NCBI RefSeq assembly: GCF_006345805.1
Contig: NC_043010.1
Span: 20,708,001-20,772,000, forward strand
Length of the DNA stretch: 64,000 nt
Reading direction: 5' to 3'
Origin: Octopus sinensis
Lineage: Eukaryota
The position numbers and the translations under genes were made by a program. The notes below the pieces were generated by a model, which was not told the origin of the DNA, did no database searches, and saw only the letters and a program-made list of their open reading frames with translations. This document shows, piece after piece, positions 12,576 through 25,253 of this stretch; positions within the stretch are counted from its first letter, which is position 1; each line of letters starts with the position of its first letter.

Positions 12576-12882
12576 GTTGCAAATTGAGATAGGGGTTCTA
12601 AATGCAACCCTCCATGGGAACATATATCCAATATACTGCCAGTGAAGTACCCAACAAAGTTTAATACATAAATGTTAAGAATTGTGATGCAATTAATTCA
12701 TTTACTGTATATATGGGCAAGGGTAAAGGGTTTTACCACAAATTCATAATACAAAATAAGAAAATGGAGAAATACATCGAAATCAAATATCAACTACCAG
12801 ATAATACCCAATCACATACTTTATTAAACCACCACATAAGAAACTTTAAGGTCAAACATAATAATATATGACAAAACAGTGT
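12088..12882. repeat. Large palindrome with ~310-bp arms, centred on (TA)n + 63-bp partial arm + (TA)n
   Basis: 12088-12400 is the near-perfect reverse complement of 12571-12882; extra partial copy at 12438-12500. Confidence 0.95.
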
Positions 12883-13590
12883 TGGTTTGTCTACGTCCCT
12901 GTAACTCAACGGTTCGGTAAAAGGGACCGATAGAACAGGTATCAGGTTTAGAAGAAACCCTTTGAGGCGGTGCCCCAGCATGGCCACAGTCAAACGACTG
13001 GAACAAGTAAAAGAATAAACGATAAAAACAAAAGACGAAAACATTTGATCATGTGGTGTTTGGCAGTTAACGTTTCAATGAAAAGACAGGATGATCACCA
13101 TTGGAACGCCTTTAATCGTCGCTGCATCGGGTCTACACAACAGAAGTATTATTTCTTATTTCTACAGAGAAATGTAAATAGTGTGAGGTGGGTGTGTGAA
13201 TGCGAAGGAATATCTTAAACGACACAGGTAGTCTTTTATATTTTCTTATACAAACAACAAAGAACAAAAAAAAAATTGCATTTGGACAGTTGCCTTGGTG
13301 TGCCATGGCCGTGTGATTAAAACGTTCGTTTAGCAACACCTGCTTCCGGATTCGATCTAAGAGTACGACTCTTTGGAAAGTTACGTAGCGAAACTAGAAA
13401 ATATAAGAAAGAACAATCTGGCACCTTTTAACATGACAGGAAGAAACAAGACGTTGTGGTTTTTAAGAATTTAAATGATTGAATGAAAAGAAAAAAAAGG
13501 CACCGAACAATACAATCTTTTATCTTTTTCTTGTTTCAGTTTTTAAACTGCGGCCATACTGGGGCATCACCTTGGAGAATTTTAGTCGTA

Positions 13591-13634
<44 letters not shown>

Positions 13635-13956
13635 CGTCCGTCCTTGTTTTGACATCGTGATAATTTCAAACGAGTGTAATACATACGTGTCATTCATTTC
13701 CAGTTTGCCGTGGAAGACATGTCTAGCTTTGCGGAAATCCCTTGCGTGGAAACACGAAACGGTTGGCGACAGGAAGGACCACCAGCCTCTGTGTGACTTC
13801 AGTCCAACCCATGCAAGCACTGAAGAATGGTTGTTAAAATGAAGACGATAATGATGATGATGAAGAGGAGGACGCTTATGCGAGATATATTACAGTATGG
13901 GATATCAAGGGCTGTATGTACGAGAGCAAATTGTTCAAAGTTTTGTTGAATTCATA

Positions 13957-15157
13957 TCAGGTTGAGTAAAAAGTAAGCAATGTTTTGAATCATGAAGAAT
14001 TTCTACCGGATTTTTGCAGGGTTTTAATTATTAACATTGATATTTTTCGCCGTTGTTACAATCATCTGAAATGTAAGTGTCAAAGCGCGATATTCGAGCA
14101 CTTTTCAATTTCAAAAAAAAGACGTAAAGCAGCTGAAACTGTTTATGATATAAACGAAACGTTTGGTGAAGAAATGAGCAGTGAATAGTCAGCTCGAAAA
14201 TGATTTAAACGATTTCACAGTGGAGTCCTAAGCCTCTGAAGATCATGAGGGTAGTGGATGCCAATCTGTCATCGATGACGGTCAATTAAAGATCGTCATT
14301 GAGAAAGGTCCACGTAAAACCATTCGAGAACTGGCAAAAGAATTTGAAGTTAGCCAGAAAACTGTCTGTAACTATTTGCATGCGATCGGAAAATAAAAAA
14401 AAAAGCTCAACAAATGGGTACCACACGATTTGAATGAAAATCAGAAAATACGCAGATATGAAATTTGCTGGTCACTTCTCTGCAACCGGACCGATCCGTT
14501 TCTCAACCATATTGTAACTTGCGATGAAAAGTGAATTCTGTACAATAATAAAAAACGTTCTTCGTAGTGGTTGGACCAAAATGAAGCACTGAAACCTTCC
14601 CTAAACTCAAGCTCTTCAAAAGGAAGGTTATGGTGACTGTTTGGTGGTGTACTGCTGGACTCATCCACTATAACTTCTTAAAACCCGGAAAAAAAACCCA
14701 TTACTGCAGAAACATATTGTCATGAAATTGCCAAAACGAAAAACTGCTACTCCGTCCCAGACTGGTCAACAGAAGCAGGCTGGTCATTCTTCATGACAAT
14801 GCTCAACCACATGTTTCACTAATGACACACCAGAAGTTGAGGGAACTTGGCTACAAAGTTCTTCCCCACTCAGCTTATTCCCCCAGACATTTCTCTTATC
14901 GACTACCACTTTTTCAATCATCCTGATGGTTTCCTGCGGAGAAGTTAAAAAATCAAACCGATGTTGAAAGTGCGTTCAAAGAGTTCCTCAGTTCCAGAAC
15001 TCCAGATTTTTACGTAACTCGTTGGCAAAATGTGTTGATTGTAATGGTAATTACTTTGTAATGGAAATTACTTTGATGAATAAAATTTCCGCATTGTTGA
15101 AATATATTGTGATGAATTTTATGTTTCAAAACGTTGCTTACCTTTTACTCAGCCTGA
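13957..15157 (+). mobile_element. Decayed full-length mariner (DD34D) transposon
   Basis: TA-flanked TIRs TCAGGTTGAGTAAAAAGTAAGCAATGTTTTGAA / TTCAAAACGTTGCTTACCTTTTACTCAGCCTGA; motifs WVPHDL, IVTCDEK, HDNAQPH, YSPDI..DYHFF with stops and frameshifts. Confidence 0.92.
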
Positions 15158-15487
15158 TAGATTGGAAAATCAGTTTACCAGAACTTAAAAGTATCATAAG
15201 GTGTGAGAGTCAAGCATGTAATAATCCTTCAAATAGCCGACTATTTCTATGTCGGCCACGTGACTGATTAATATTCGTTTGTTAAAAGTTGAATTAGCTT
15301 TAGTCATTCGAGCCCTACTGAGACACAATCTTCCAGGATTTAATCAATGTTGTCGATCGCAGTACCCTTTTCCTTCACCATGGTTTTATTTTATCGATTA
15401 TAATTATCGAACCGCTAAGTTACCGTTTTCGTATATAGATACAAAATTAGACATACATGCAGATACGAACACATAATTCCATATACA

Positions 15488-15519
<32 letters not shown>

Positions 15520-15606
15520 CATTACATACATACATACATACATACATAACACACACACACATATATATATTATATATAGATATATATATATATATATATC
15601 TATATC

Positions 15607-15637
<31 letters not shown>

Positions 15638-15745
15638 ATATATGTGTGGGTTGTTAATATATAAAGTTAATCCAAACAAGGAAAAAAAAACCCAAAAAAA
15701 AACAACAGCAAGGACGTGGAACAAATATATATATATATGTATGTA

Positions 15746-15806
<61 letters not shown>

Positions 15807-15821
15807 GTGTATATATGTATT

Positions 15822-16050
15822 TATAGAGTGTTAAACACTTTCGGTATGCAAATTAGGGACTCGTTCATAGAGTAACTGCTACATTTGTTGAGTATATAAA
15901 CAGTTTGGCTGCTTATTTCTTTGGAGATTATCAAAGTGATGTGGACACCTCTGATGAGAACCCAATAAGGTTCGAAAATCGATTAAGGTTGGTCATCATA
16001 TTTTTCAATCTGCGGAGAAATGCTTAAAATTTGCCCTGTTTATAATTATA
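15822..16050 (+). mobile_element. Short non-coding element with an intact hammerhead motif, between microsatellites
   Basis: Second copy at 10700-10928 (-); contains the HHR below. Confidence 0.75.
15947..15989 (+). ncRNA. Type I hammerhead ribozyme with canonical core
   Basis: ACCT-CTGATGA-GAACC(caataa)GGTTC-GAA-AATCGATT-A-AGGT: stems I and II pair fully, stem III is a palindrome, predicted cleavage after UUA (15985). Confidence 0.85.
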
Positions 16051-16183
16051 ACACATGTTACACACACACACATATATATGTGTGTGTGTGTGTATATGTA
16101 TATATATATATATATATATATAGAATGCTCAAATGAAAGAAAATTTTAATAAAATGAGAAAATTAAAATATATAAAATATATT

Positions 16184-16224
16184 TATTCAACCGGTTTTCG
16201 TCATTGTATGACTTGTCAAGAATA
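16184..16224 (-). ncRNA. Hammerhead motif (U3-A8 variant) in the inverted pLTR
   Basis: Reverse complement of 24463-24503. Confidence 0.7.
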
Positions 16225-16802
16225 TTTATGTTTTAAGAAGTTATTTTAAAAATTAGAAAAGGGGAAAAAAAGAAAATTGCATTGTTTTTTGTAAAAGAAT
16301 AATGATATAAAAATGTACAAAAAATTAAAAAATAAGTTCTCCGATACATTGTGAGTTCGTTGTGTATCTTGAGTTTTATGGTTTGTTTACCAAAAAATTA
16401 CCTTGAGGTGTTAAGATCCAAAGGGATTAAGAGCATGTGATGTTGTTGTGTTGTTAAATTCAGCATGTTGCAGGACAGGAAGTAGTAGTAATTGTGGTCC
16501 TGGTTCTTCAGTTCCTGTGTTGTGGGTAAGGGGAGACAAGTCTTTTGAGTTCTTCAATAAAACCCAAATTATAAACTATCATTTTAGCTTCATTTGCATT
16601 ATCTTTTTATATAATTGCTTGTTAACTTAACTTTCAGATTTTAACACTTTATTTATATATTTCTAATAATATAAATCTGCATAGACAATTGCATTTCAAA
16701 TTGTCATATCATTTATAATAAAAATGATAGTAATAACAACAATAGTAAAAATGATATTTAAAGAATATAAGTTTTAGCTTGAAGTGATGAATGCATGGTA
16801 TC

Positions 16803-17036
16803 GGAGAGCTGGCAGAAGCGTTAGCACGCGGGGGAAAGCGCGTAGCCGTATTTCGTCTGCCGTTACGTTCTGAGTTCAAATTCCGCCGAGGTCGACTTTG
16901 CCTTCATCCTTTCGGGTCGATAATTTTGTTAAATTAAGTACCAGTTACGCACTGGGGTCGATAAATCGACTCAATCCGTTTGTCTGTCCTTGTTTGTCCC
17001 CTCTGTGTTTAGCCCCTTGTGGGTAGTAAAGAAATA
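16803..17036 (+). mobile_element. Young SINE (Meta-like core) inserted in the inverted PLE copy
   Basis: TSD GGTATC at 16797-16802 and 17037-17042; the other two pLTR copies show the empty site. Confidence 0.92.
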
Positions 17037-19192
17037 GGTATCTTTATATATTTGTGTTAGTCCATCCATGAAGAGTGAGGTAGAGAAAGGAAGTTTGATC
17101 ACGAGGAGTTTGCATATTAAGTTGTGTTGGAATTTTTCAATAAAGAGATTCTCCTTGTTAATTCTCTCCTGTGTGGTGATCCAGTCTTTACACATTGGTA
17201 GAAGGGGAATATATAGAATTTGGGGTTTAAGTCTTTAGCACATGAGTCTAAGTGTTCACTCAGTGGAATTTGTCGGTATTCCGGGAGATTTATTTGTTCT
17301 TTATGCACCGTTACTCGTTTACGTAACGGGGGAGACTCGTTTGTCCAACATAATTATGTGGCAACCAGCGCATGTGAGAACGTAGATAAGGTTCTCGGAG
17401 GAACAGGAGAAGTTAGTCTTGATTTTAAACTTCGTACCTTGTTTGAAGGCAAATTCAGAGCCTTCAAGTAGAAAGGGGCAGGTACCACAGTTTGAGCGTG
17501 CACATTTTTTTACTGTTGGGGGTGGATGTGGTGTGTGAAGTTTGGCATTTGTCAAGTTTTTTTTAAAGATTTGTGTTGCCTTTTGCATTTGAGGATTTTG
17601 TGTGTATTTATAATGTTTTTCATTTTTGGGTCTGTTGACAGTAGACTGAGGTTTTGTATGATTGTGGTGTATGCTTCGATATTTTTGGGGTTGTGGGTGG
17701 AAATGTATGGAAGTATTTTGAGGTTGTGTGTGGTGTTAGGTTGGGTGGTTTTCAGTGTAGTGTTGTCTAGTTCTTTGGCGCGTTTTATTCCATACTCTAT
17801 AAGGGTGGAGGGATATATTGACGTTGTAATAGTGTTTTTTTTGAGGTCTTGAAGGCGTATTTCTCATGTTTTGGGATCCGAGACAATGGTGCATACCCTT
17901 TTAGCTAAATTGAAAGGGATATTTGTCTTGGTGTGTTTTGGGTGGCATGAACTAAAGAGGAGGTATTGTTGTGAGTCTGTAGGTTTGTGGTAGATGTCTG
18001 TTATGATTTGGTTCTTAGGTGTTTTTATAATTAGGAGATCAAGGAATGGGAGATGATGTTTGCTTAATTCCATAGTGAATTGGATGTTGGGATGTATGTT
18101 GTTTAGTAAGGTTTTGAATTCCAGGAGTTTTTCATAAGGTTTCTTTCCATATGATGAAACAATCATCTAAATACCTTTTCCAGTTTTCCATTAGGTAGGT
18201 GTGGAAAACATGTCCAAATTTCTGGCTTGATATTTCATAGAGTGACAGTTCGAAGTTTACCCATTATGAGGTTCGCAAGGACTGGTGCAGCCTTGGTACC
18301 CATCGCAATGCCACATTTTTGACGGTAGTGTGTGTCGTCGAAGAGAAAAAAATTGTTTGTCAGAATGAACTTAAGAGATTCTGTAATAAAAGACTTGTTA
18401 ATGCGGTCAGGGAATGTCTCTGGGTGTTTTTCTAGCCAGAAGTCAATTGCCTCTATACCATACTCGTGTGGAATGTTGGTGTAGAGGTTGATGACATCAA
18501 AGGATACCAGGAGTGCCTCCTCGTTACTGTTTTCGGGAGGTGTTTGAGCATGTCCAGATCATCCCTAATGAAACTTTTGATGTGGGTAAGGAAAGGTTTC
18601 AAAAGGATATCTAGGAAGTTACTCAGGCGGTGTGTTTCACAGGAGGTACCAGCCACGATGGGCCTTAGTTTTAGGTCCTCCGGTGCTTTGATGTTGATGT
18701 GGATGTCAGTGGAGAGTTTGCAGGCTTCGGTGATGTATTTGTTTTTATGGATTTAGGAGGCCATAAAAAGGCTGGGCTTGCATTTGAAAATGGTGATATA
18801 ATCCCTTTCTTTTTCTCTGTGAGTCCTGACCGTGTTGGCGTATGAGTGTGGTGAGGTTTCTGATTGTTTTTTGCTGTTTGTAGTTGTTAATAACCTCATA
18901 GAAAATGTTATTGTTAAGCATGGAGAACACTAGGTGTTTATAAAATTCCGTGTCCATAAGGACCACAGCACTCCCTTTGTCCGCTTCTTTGATGGTGAGG
19001 TTTTTATCCAGTTGTATGTCACGTAGGTTTTCCCATTCTCCCTTACTGAAATTGGATTTTACCTTGGTTTTGCTTGGGGTAAAGGGGAGACTCTGGATGT
19101 GTTTACAGAAATCGTCCAGTGTTTTATTTCTCCCTTTTGGTGGTAGGAAGTTGCTTTTATTTCTGATCAATGAATCGTCCCCATTGTTGATA

Positions 19193-20039
19193 TCCAAACA
19201 CAACTTAATATGCAAACTCCTCGTTGATCAAACTTCCTTTCTCTACCTCACTCTTCATGGATGGACTAACACAAATATATAAAGATACCATGCATTCATC
19301 ACTTCAAGCTAAAACTTATATTCTTTAAATATCATTTTTACTATTGTTGTTATTACTATCATTTTTATTATAAATGATATGACAATTTGAAATGCAATTG
19401 TCTATGCAGATTTATATATTATTAGAAAATCTATAAATAAAGTGGTTAAAATCTGAAAGTTAAGTTAACAAGCAATTATATAAAAAAGATAATGCAAATG
19501 AAGCTAAAATGATAGTTTTATAATTTGGGTTTTATTGAAGAACTCAAAAGACTTGTCTCCCCTACCCACAACACAGGAACTGAAGAACCAGGACCACAAT
19601 TACTACTACTTCCTGTCCTGCAACATGCTGAATTTAACAACACAACACATCACATGCTCTTAATCCCTTTGGATCTTAACACCTCAAGGTAATTTTTTGG
19701 TAAACAACCATAAAACTCAAGATACACAACGAACTCACAATGTATCGGAGAACTTATTTTTTAATTTTTGTACATTTTTATCATTATTCTTTTACAAAAA
19801 ACAAGCAATTTTCTTTTTTTCCCCTTTCTAATTTTTAAAATAACTTCTTAAAACATAAATATTCTTGACAAGTCATACAATGACGAAAACCGTTGAATAA
19901 ATATATATTTATATATTTTATCATTTTCTCATTTTATTAAAATTTTCTTTCATTTGAGCATTCTGCATTTTTAAAAAAATTTTTCCTTACTTATCATTTC
20001 TCCACGTGCGGTCAACACAACCCCACCATTTATTGATCT
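19193..20039 (+). repeat. 5' pseudo-LTR (partial tandem copy of the element's 3' end)
   Basis: Near-identical to 23798-24642; contains the HHR motif at 19860-19899 (one G missing). Confidence 0.93.
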
Positions 20040-20067
20040 GTACCCTCTACCACACGTGTGATTCAGA

Positions 20068-23000
20068 ATGCCTCCGAAAAACAAGAGCACTCTTACAGAG
20101 ACAGTCACCAATAAGACCATTCTAAAAGAACTCAAAGTACTCAATACACATCTACTTACATTCTCCAAAAAAATTGACGAACTCCTCCTTCAATCCCGGG
20201 ACAACTCAGAAAACAACCATCATCAACAACTTTCGGATAAAAATGATGTAAACCTAAACGAAATCAACACTACACTGAAAACTCTACTTTTTCGGATAAG
20301 ATAGATGTAAACCTAAATGAAATCAACACTACACTGAAAACTCTACTTACCAATTCAACGCCAAAGAGACCTCAGACAACCACTCAACACACAGAAGGAA
20401 CACATTTCAACCCCAGCACAACGCATTAAAAACCAGATCATCACTACTTGGACTAAGAAACTACACAACAGAAAACTTCTCTTCTGGAACATGCTCAAAA
20501 ACCAAAACAAAGCTGAAATTTACGACAAATGGTTAAACTCCTCCCCTATCATACTACCCCGAAAATTCCAAATCAAACACATCCCAGACGAACCTGAAAA
20601 ACAACGCTCCCTAAGAGAAAAACTAACATTGGAAAAAATGAAACCGAAGTAGAACTTCTAAAACTCAGAGCACAAAACCACGAACAAAATACACAAAAAT
20701 AGACGATGAGATACTTCTAGAACTAACCTCACACACCAACGAACAGCCCCTCGAACTTGTTATTAAACTATGGAAAGATGAATGTGAAAAGGAAGAACGA
20801 ACCTCCCTCAAACGCTGGGAAAACAACAAAGATTTCTTCCTCAACTATGAAACACAATTCATATTAAACCATAAATCCAAAACCCATTCATAAAAGTACC
20901 CACAACACAGACTTCCACTGTACCCCATAAACACCATTCCAAACCGCACCTCAAATACACATACTCTCCAAACCCCCTCCTAACAGGACACAACCTCCCC
21001 CAACCATATAAAAAACCTTTTCCCCCCCGAAACATCTCAAACAAGACCCACCACAAAACCTGGTTTTCCAATCACTCTAACACCCCTCCCCCACCGATTA
21101 GAACCTTCAAGAACCTCCCATACACTAGAAATTATCGCCCCCTCAAGGCTCCCCTCCCTCACACTAATAACAAACAAGGCATCCTACCCACACCGATACA
21201 TATAAGACCCACCCAACGAACCCCCTATAGTCCACCCATCCAATAACCACATTCCTACCACATCTCCTACAGATCTCCAAACCCTCACATCCCACACGAA
21301 CCCAATCACCACAACTACATACCCCCCTACATCCCCCATACAATCTACCAGTCCACCACCCACAAACCCATCGCATTTCTCACAAATCCTTACACCATCG
21401 CATCCCATACCAACACAAATACGACAACTACCTACCCCCCTCCAACCTCCCCACCCAAAACACTCCTACACATACAACCAGAACTTTAACAAAGAATACA
21501 CCCCTTACCTCAACAACCATTTTTTAGACAGAGGGGAAATACAAACACCACCGCTAACACAGACCCAAAATAAGAAAACAAAAATTATAAACCTCTCCAG
21601 CAAAACACTGACACCAACCCAAATCAACATCCTAGCAAGAGGTTTGAAATTCACACCCACCCCAAGAACACCCACCCCCCGGAGGTCAAGGATGACGTTT
21701 CTGAATTCTGCAGAAACTTCGCCTAACAGAAGCTTTGACAGATATCAACAATGGGGACGATTCATTGATCAGAAATAAAAGCAACTTCCTACCACCAAAA
21801 GGGAGAAATAAAACACTGGACGTTTTCTGTAAACACATCCAGAGTCTCCCCTTTACCCCAAGCAAAACCAAGGTAAAATCCAATTTCAGTAAGGAAGAAT
21901 GGGAAAACCTACGTGACATACAACTGGATAAAAACCTCACCATCAAAGAAGCGGACAAAGGGAGTGCTGTGGTCCTTATGGACACGGAATTTTATAAACA
22001 CCTAGTGTTCTCCATGCTTAACAATAACATTTTCTATGAGGTTATTAACTACAAACAGCAAAAAACAATCAGAAACCTCACCACACTCATACGCCAACAC
22101 GGTCAGGGACTCACAGAAAAAGAAAGGGATTATATCACCATTTTCAAATGCAAGCCCAGCCTTTTTTATGGCCTTCCTAAAATCCATAAAAACAAATACA
22201 TCACCGAAGCCTGCAAACTCTCCACTGACATCCACACATCAACATCAAAGCACCGGAGGACCTAAAACTAAGGCCCATCGTGGCTGGTACCTCCTGTGAA
22301 ACACACCGCCTGAGTAACTTCCTAGACATCCTTTTGAAACCTTTCCTTACCCACATCAAAAGTTTCATTAGGGATGATCTGGACATGCTCAAACACCTCC
22401 CGAAAACAGTTAACGAGGAGGCACTCCTGGTATCCTTTGATGTCATCAACCTCTACACCAACATTCACACGAGTATGGTATAGAGGCAATTGACTTCTGG
22501 CTAGAAAAACACCCAGAGACATTCCCTGACCGCATTAACAAGTCTTTTATTACAGAATCTCTTAAGTTCATTCTGACAAACAATTTTTTTCTCTTCGACG
22601 ACACACACTACCGTCAAAAATGTGGCATTGCGATGGGTACCAAGGCTGCACCAGTCCTTGCGAACCTCATAATGGGTTACTTCGAACTGTCACTCTATGA
22701 AATATCAAGCCAGAAATTTGGACATGTTTTCCACACCTACCTAATGGAAAACTGGAAAAGGTATTTAGATGATTGTTTCATCATATGGAAAGAACCTTAT
22801 GAAAAACTCCTGGAATTCAAAACCATACTAAACAACATACATCCCAACATCCAATTCACTATGGAATTAAGCAAACATCATCTCCCATTCCTTGATCTCC
22901 TAATTATAAAAACACCTAAGAACCAAATCATAACAGACATCTACCACAAACCTACAGACTCACAACAATACCTCCTCTTTAGTTCATGCCACCCAAAACA

Positions 23001-23832
23001 CACCAAGACAAATATCCCTTTCAATTTAGCTAAAAGGGTATGCACCATTGTCTCGGATCCCAAAACACGAGAAATACGCCTTCAAGACCTCAAAAAAACA
23101 CTATTACAACGTCAATATCCCTCCACCCTTATAGAGTATGGAATAAAACGCGCCAAAGAACTAGACAACACTACACTGAAAACCACCCAACCTAACACCA
23201 CACACAACCTCAAAATACTTCCATACATTTCCACCCACAACCCCCAAAAATATCGAAGCATACACCACAATCATACAAAACCTCAGTCTACTGTCAACAG
23301 ACCCCAAAATGAAAAACATTATAAATACACACAAAATCCTCAAATGCAAAAGGCAACACAAATCTTTAAAAAAACTCTTGACAAATGCCAAACTTCACAC
23401 ACCACATCCACCCCCAACAGTAAAAAAATGTGCACGCTCAAACTGTGGTACCTGCCCCTTTCTACTTGAAGGCTCTGAATTTACCTTCAAACAAGGTACG
23501 AAGTTTAAAATCAAGACTAACTTCTCCTGTTCCTCCGAGAACCTTATCTACGTTCTCACATGCGCTGGTTGCCAACATAATTATGTTGGACAAACGAGTC
23601 TCCCGTTACGTAAACGAGTAACGGTGCATAAAGAACAAATAAATCTCCGGAATACCGACAAATTCCACTGAGTGACCACTTAGACTCATGTGCTAAAGAC
23701 TTAAACCCCAAATTCTATATATTCCCCTTCTACCAATGTAAAGACGGGATCACCACACAGGAGAGAATTAACAAGGAGAATCTCTTTATTGAAAAATTCC
23801 AAACACAACTTAATATGCAAACTCCTCGTTGA
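20068..23832 (+). pseudogene. PLE polyprotein: long N-terminal extension + reverse transcriptase + Cys linker + GIY-YIG endonuclease, frameshifted as read
   Basis: IINLSSKTLT..ILARGLKFTPTP; EADKGSAVVLMD; FYGLPKIHK; LVSFDVINLYTNI; GIAMGTKAAPVLANL; RYLDD; LPFLD; IYHKPTD; CARSNCGTC; NLIYVLTCAGCQHNYVGQT. Confidence 0.93.
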
Positions 23833-24642
23833 TCAAACTTCCTTTCTCTACCTCACTCTTCATGGATGGACTAACACAAATATATAAAGATACCATGCAT
23901 TCATCACTTCAAGCTAAAACTTATATTCTTTAAATATCATTTTTACTATTGTTGTTATTACTATCATTTTTATTATAAATGATATGACAATTTGAAATGC
24001 AATTGTCTATGCAGATTTATATTATTAGAAAATAATATAAATAAAGTGTTAAAATCTGAAAGTTAAGTTAACAAGCAATTATAAAAAAAGATAATGCAAA
24101 TGAAGCTAAAATGATAGTTTTATAATTTGGGTTTTATTGAAGAACTCAAAAGACTTGTCTCCCCTTACCCACAACACAGGAACTGAAGAACCAGGACCAC
24201 AATTACTACTACTTCCTGTCCTGCAACATGCTGAATTTAACAACACAACACATCACATGCTCTTAATCCCTTTGGATCTTAACACCTCAAGGTAATTTTT
24301 TGGTAAACAACCATAAAACTCAAGATACACAACGAACTCACAATGTATCGGAGAACTTATTTTTTAATTTTTGTACATTTTTATCATTATTCTTTTACAA
24401 AAAACAATGCAATTTTCTTTTTTCCCCTTTCTAATTTTTAAAATAACTTCTTAAAACATAAATATTCTTGACAAGTCATACAATGACGAAAACCGGTTGA
24501 ATAAATATATATTTATATATTTTATCATTTTCTCATTTTATTAAAATTTTCTTTCATTTGAGCATTCTGCATTTAAAAAAAAATTTTCGTTACTTATCAT
24601 TTCTCCACGTGCGGTCAACACAACCCCACCATTTATTGATCT
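23798..24642 (+). repeat. 3' pseudo-LTR
   Basis: Direct repeat of 19193-20039. Confidence 0.93.
24463..24503 (+). ncRNA. Minimal hammerhead motif, U3-A8 core variant
   Basis: TATTC-TTGACAA-GTCAT(aca)ATGAC-GAAA-ACCGGT-T-GAATA. Confidence 0.7.
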
Positions 24643-25173
24643 ATATATATATATGTATGGGAGAGAGAAAAAGAGAGAGGTGATTCCACTTAGTTTCCGG
24701 ATACCAAATTCCGCTCATACACATTGGTAAGCTAAAGGCCCGAACAGAAGACTGAAGAAGAAAGATACTTTGTCCAAAGGGTTTCGTGATGAGATTCAGT
24801 CACAGAGTCACCTGGATAAAAAACCAATAATTTTAACAAAATCTCACCTGTGCCTTTTCAGGCCAGGATTTTTCAAACTGAAACAAAAGGAAGAAAAAGA
24901 AAAGAAGAAAAAAAGCCAAACCCTGACAGATTCAATGAATTTTATTAAAAGAGCGGAAACTTATCAATATTTATAAATTCTTTGGGAAAACTAAAGTGAA
25001 AGAAATGTTTAGATAAAATGAATAAAAAAAGAAAAGAAGAATGGTATTAATTAAAAAAAACAATAAATGGACACCTATTGTATGAAATGCAACATTATGA
25101 GTGTGTGTATATATATATATGTATATATATATATATGTATATATATATGTATATATATATATATATCTATCTA

Positions 25174-25212
<39 letters not shown>

Positions 25213-25214
25213 TA

Positions 25215-25253
<39 letters not shown>

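Larger units (their letters stand above)
16122..19194 (-). mobile_element. Inverted, 5'-truncated copy of the Penelope-like element (RT + GIY-YIG + pLTR)
   Basis: Reverse complement of ~21741-24568; same peptides (EADKGSAVVLMD, LPFLD, NLIYVLTCAGC); outer end abuts (TA)n. Confidence 0.95.
19193..24642 (+). mobile_element. Near-complete Penelope-like retroelement (Neptune-type)
   Basis: Direct repeats 19193-20039 and 23798-24642 enclose a long RT + GIY-YIG coding region; 3' end TTGATCT|ATATAT. Confidence 0.95.

Noticed and set aside
21735-23671. Telomerase, retron or group II intron RT
   Set aside because: DKG motif, C-terminal GIY-YIG and pLTRs identify a Penelope-like element.
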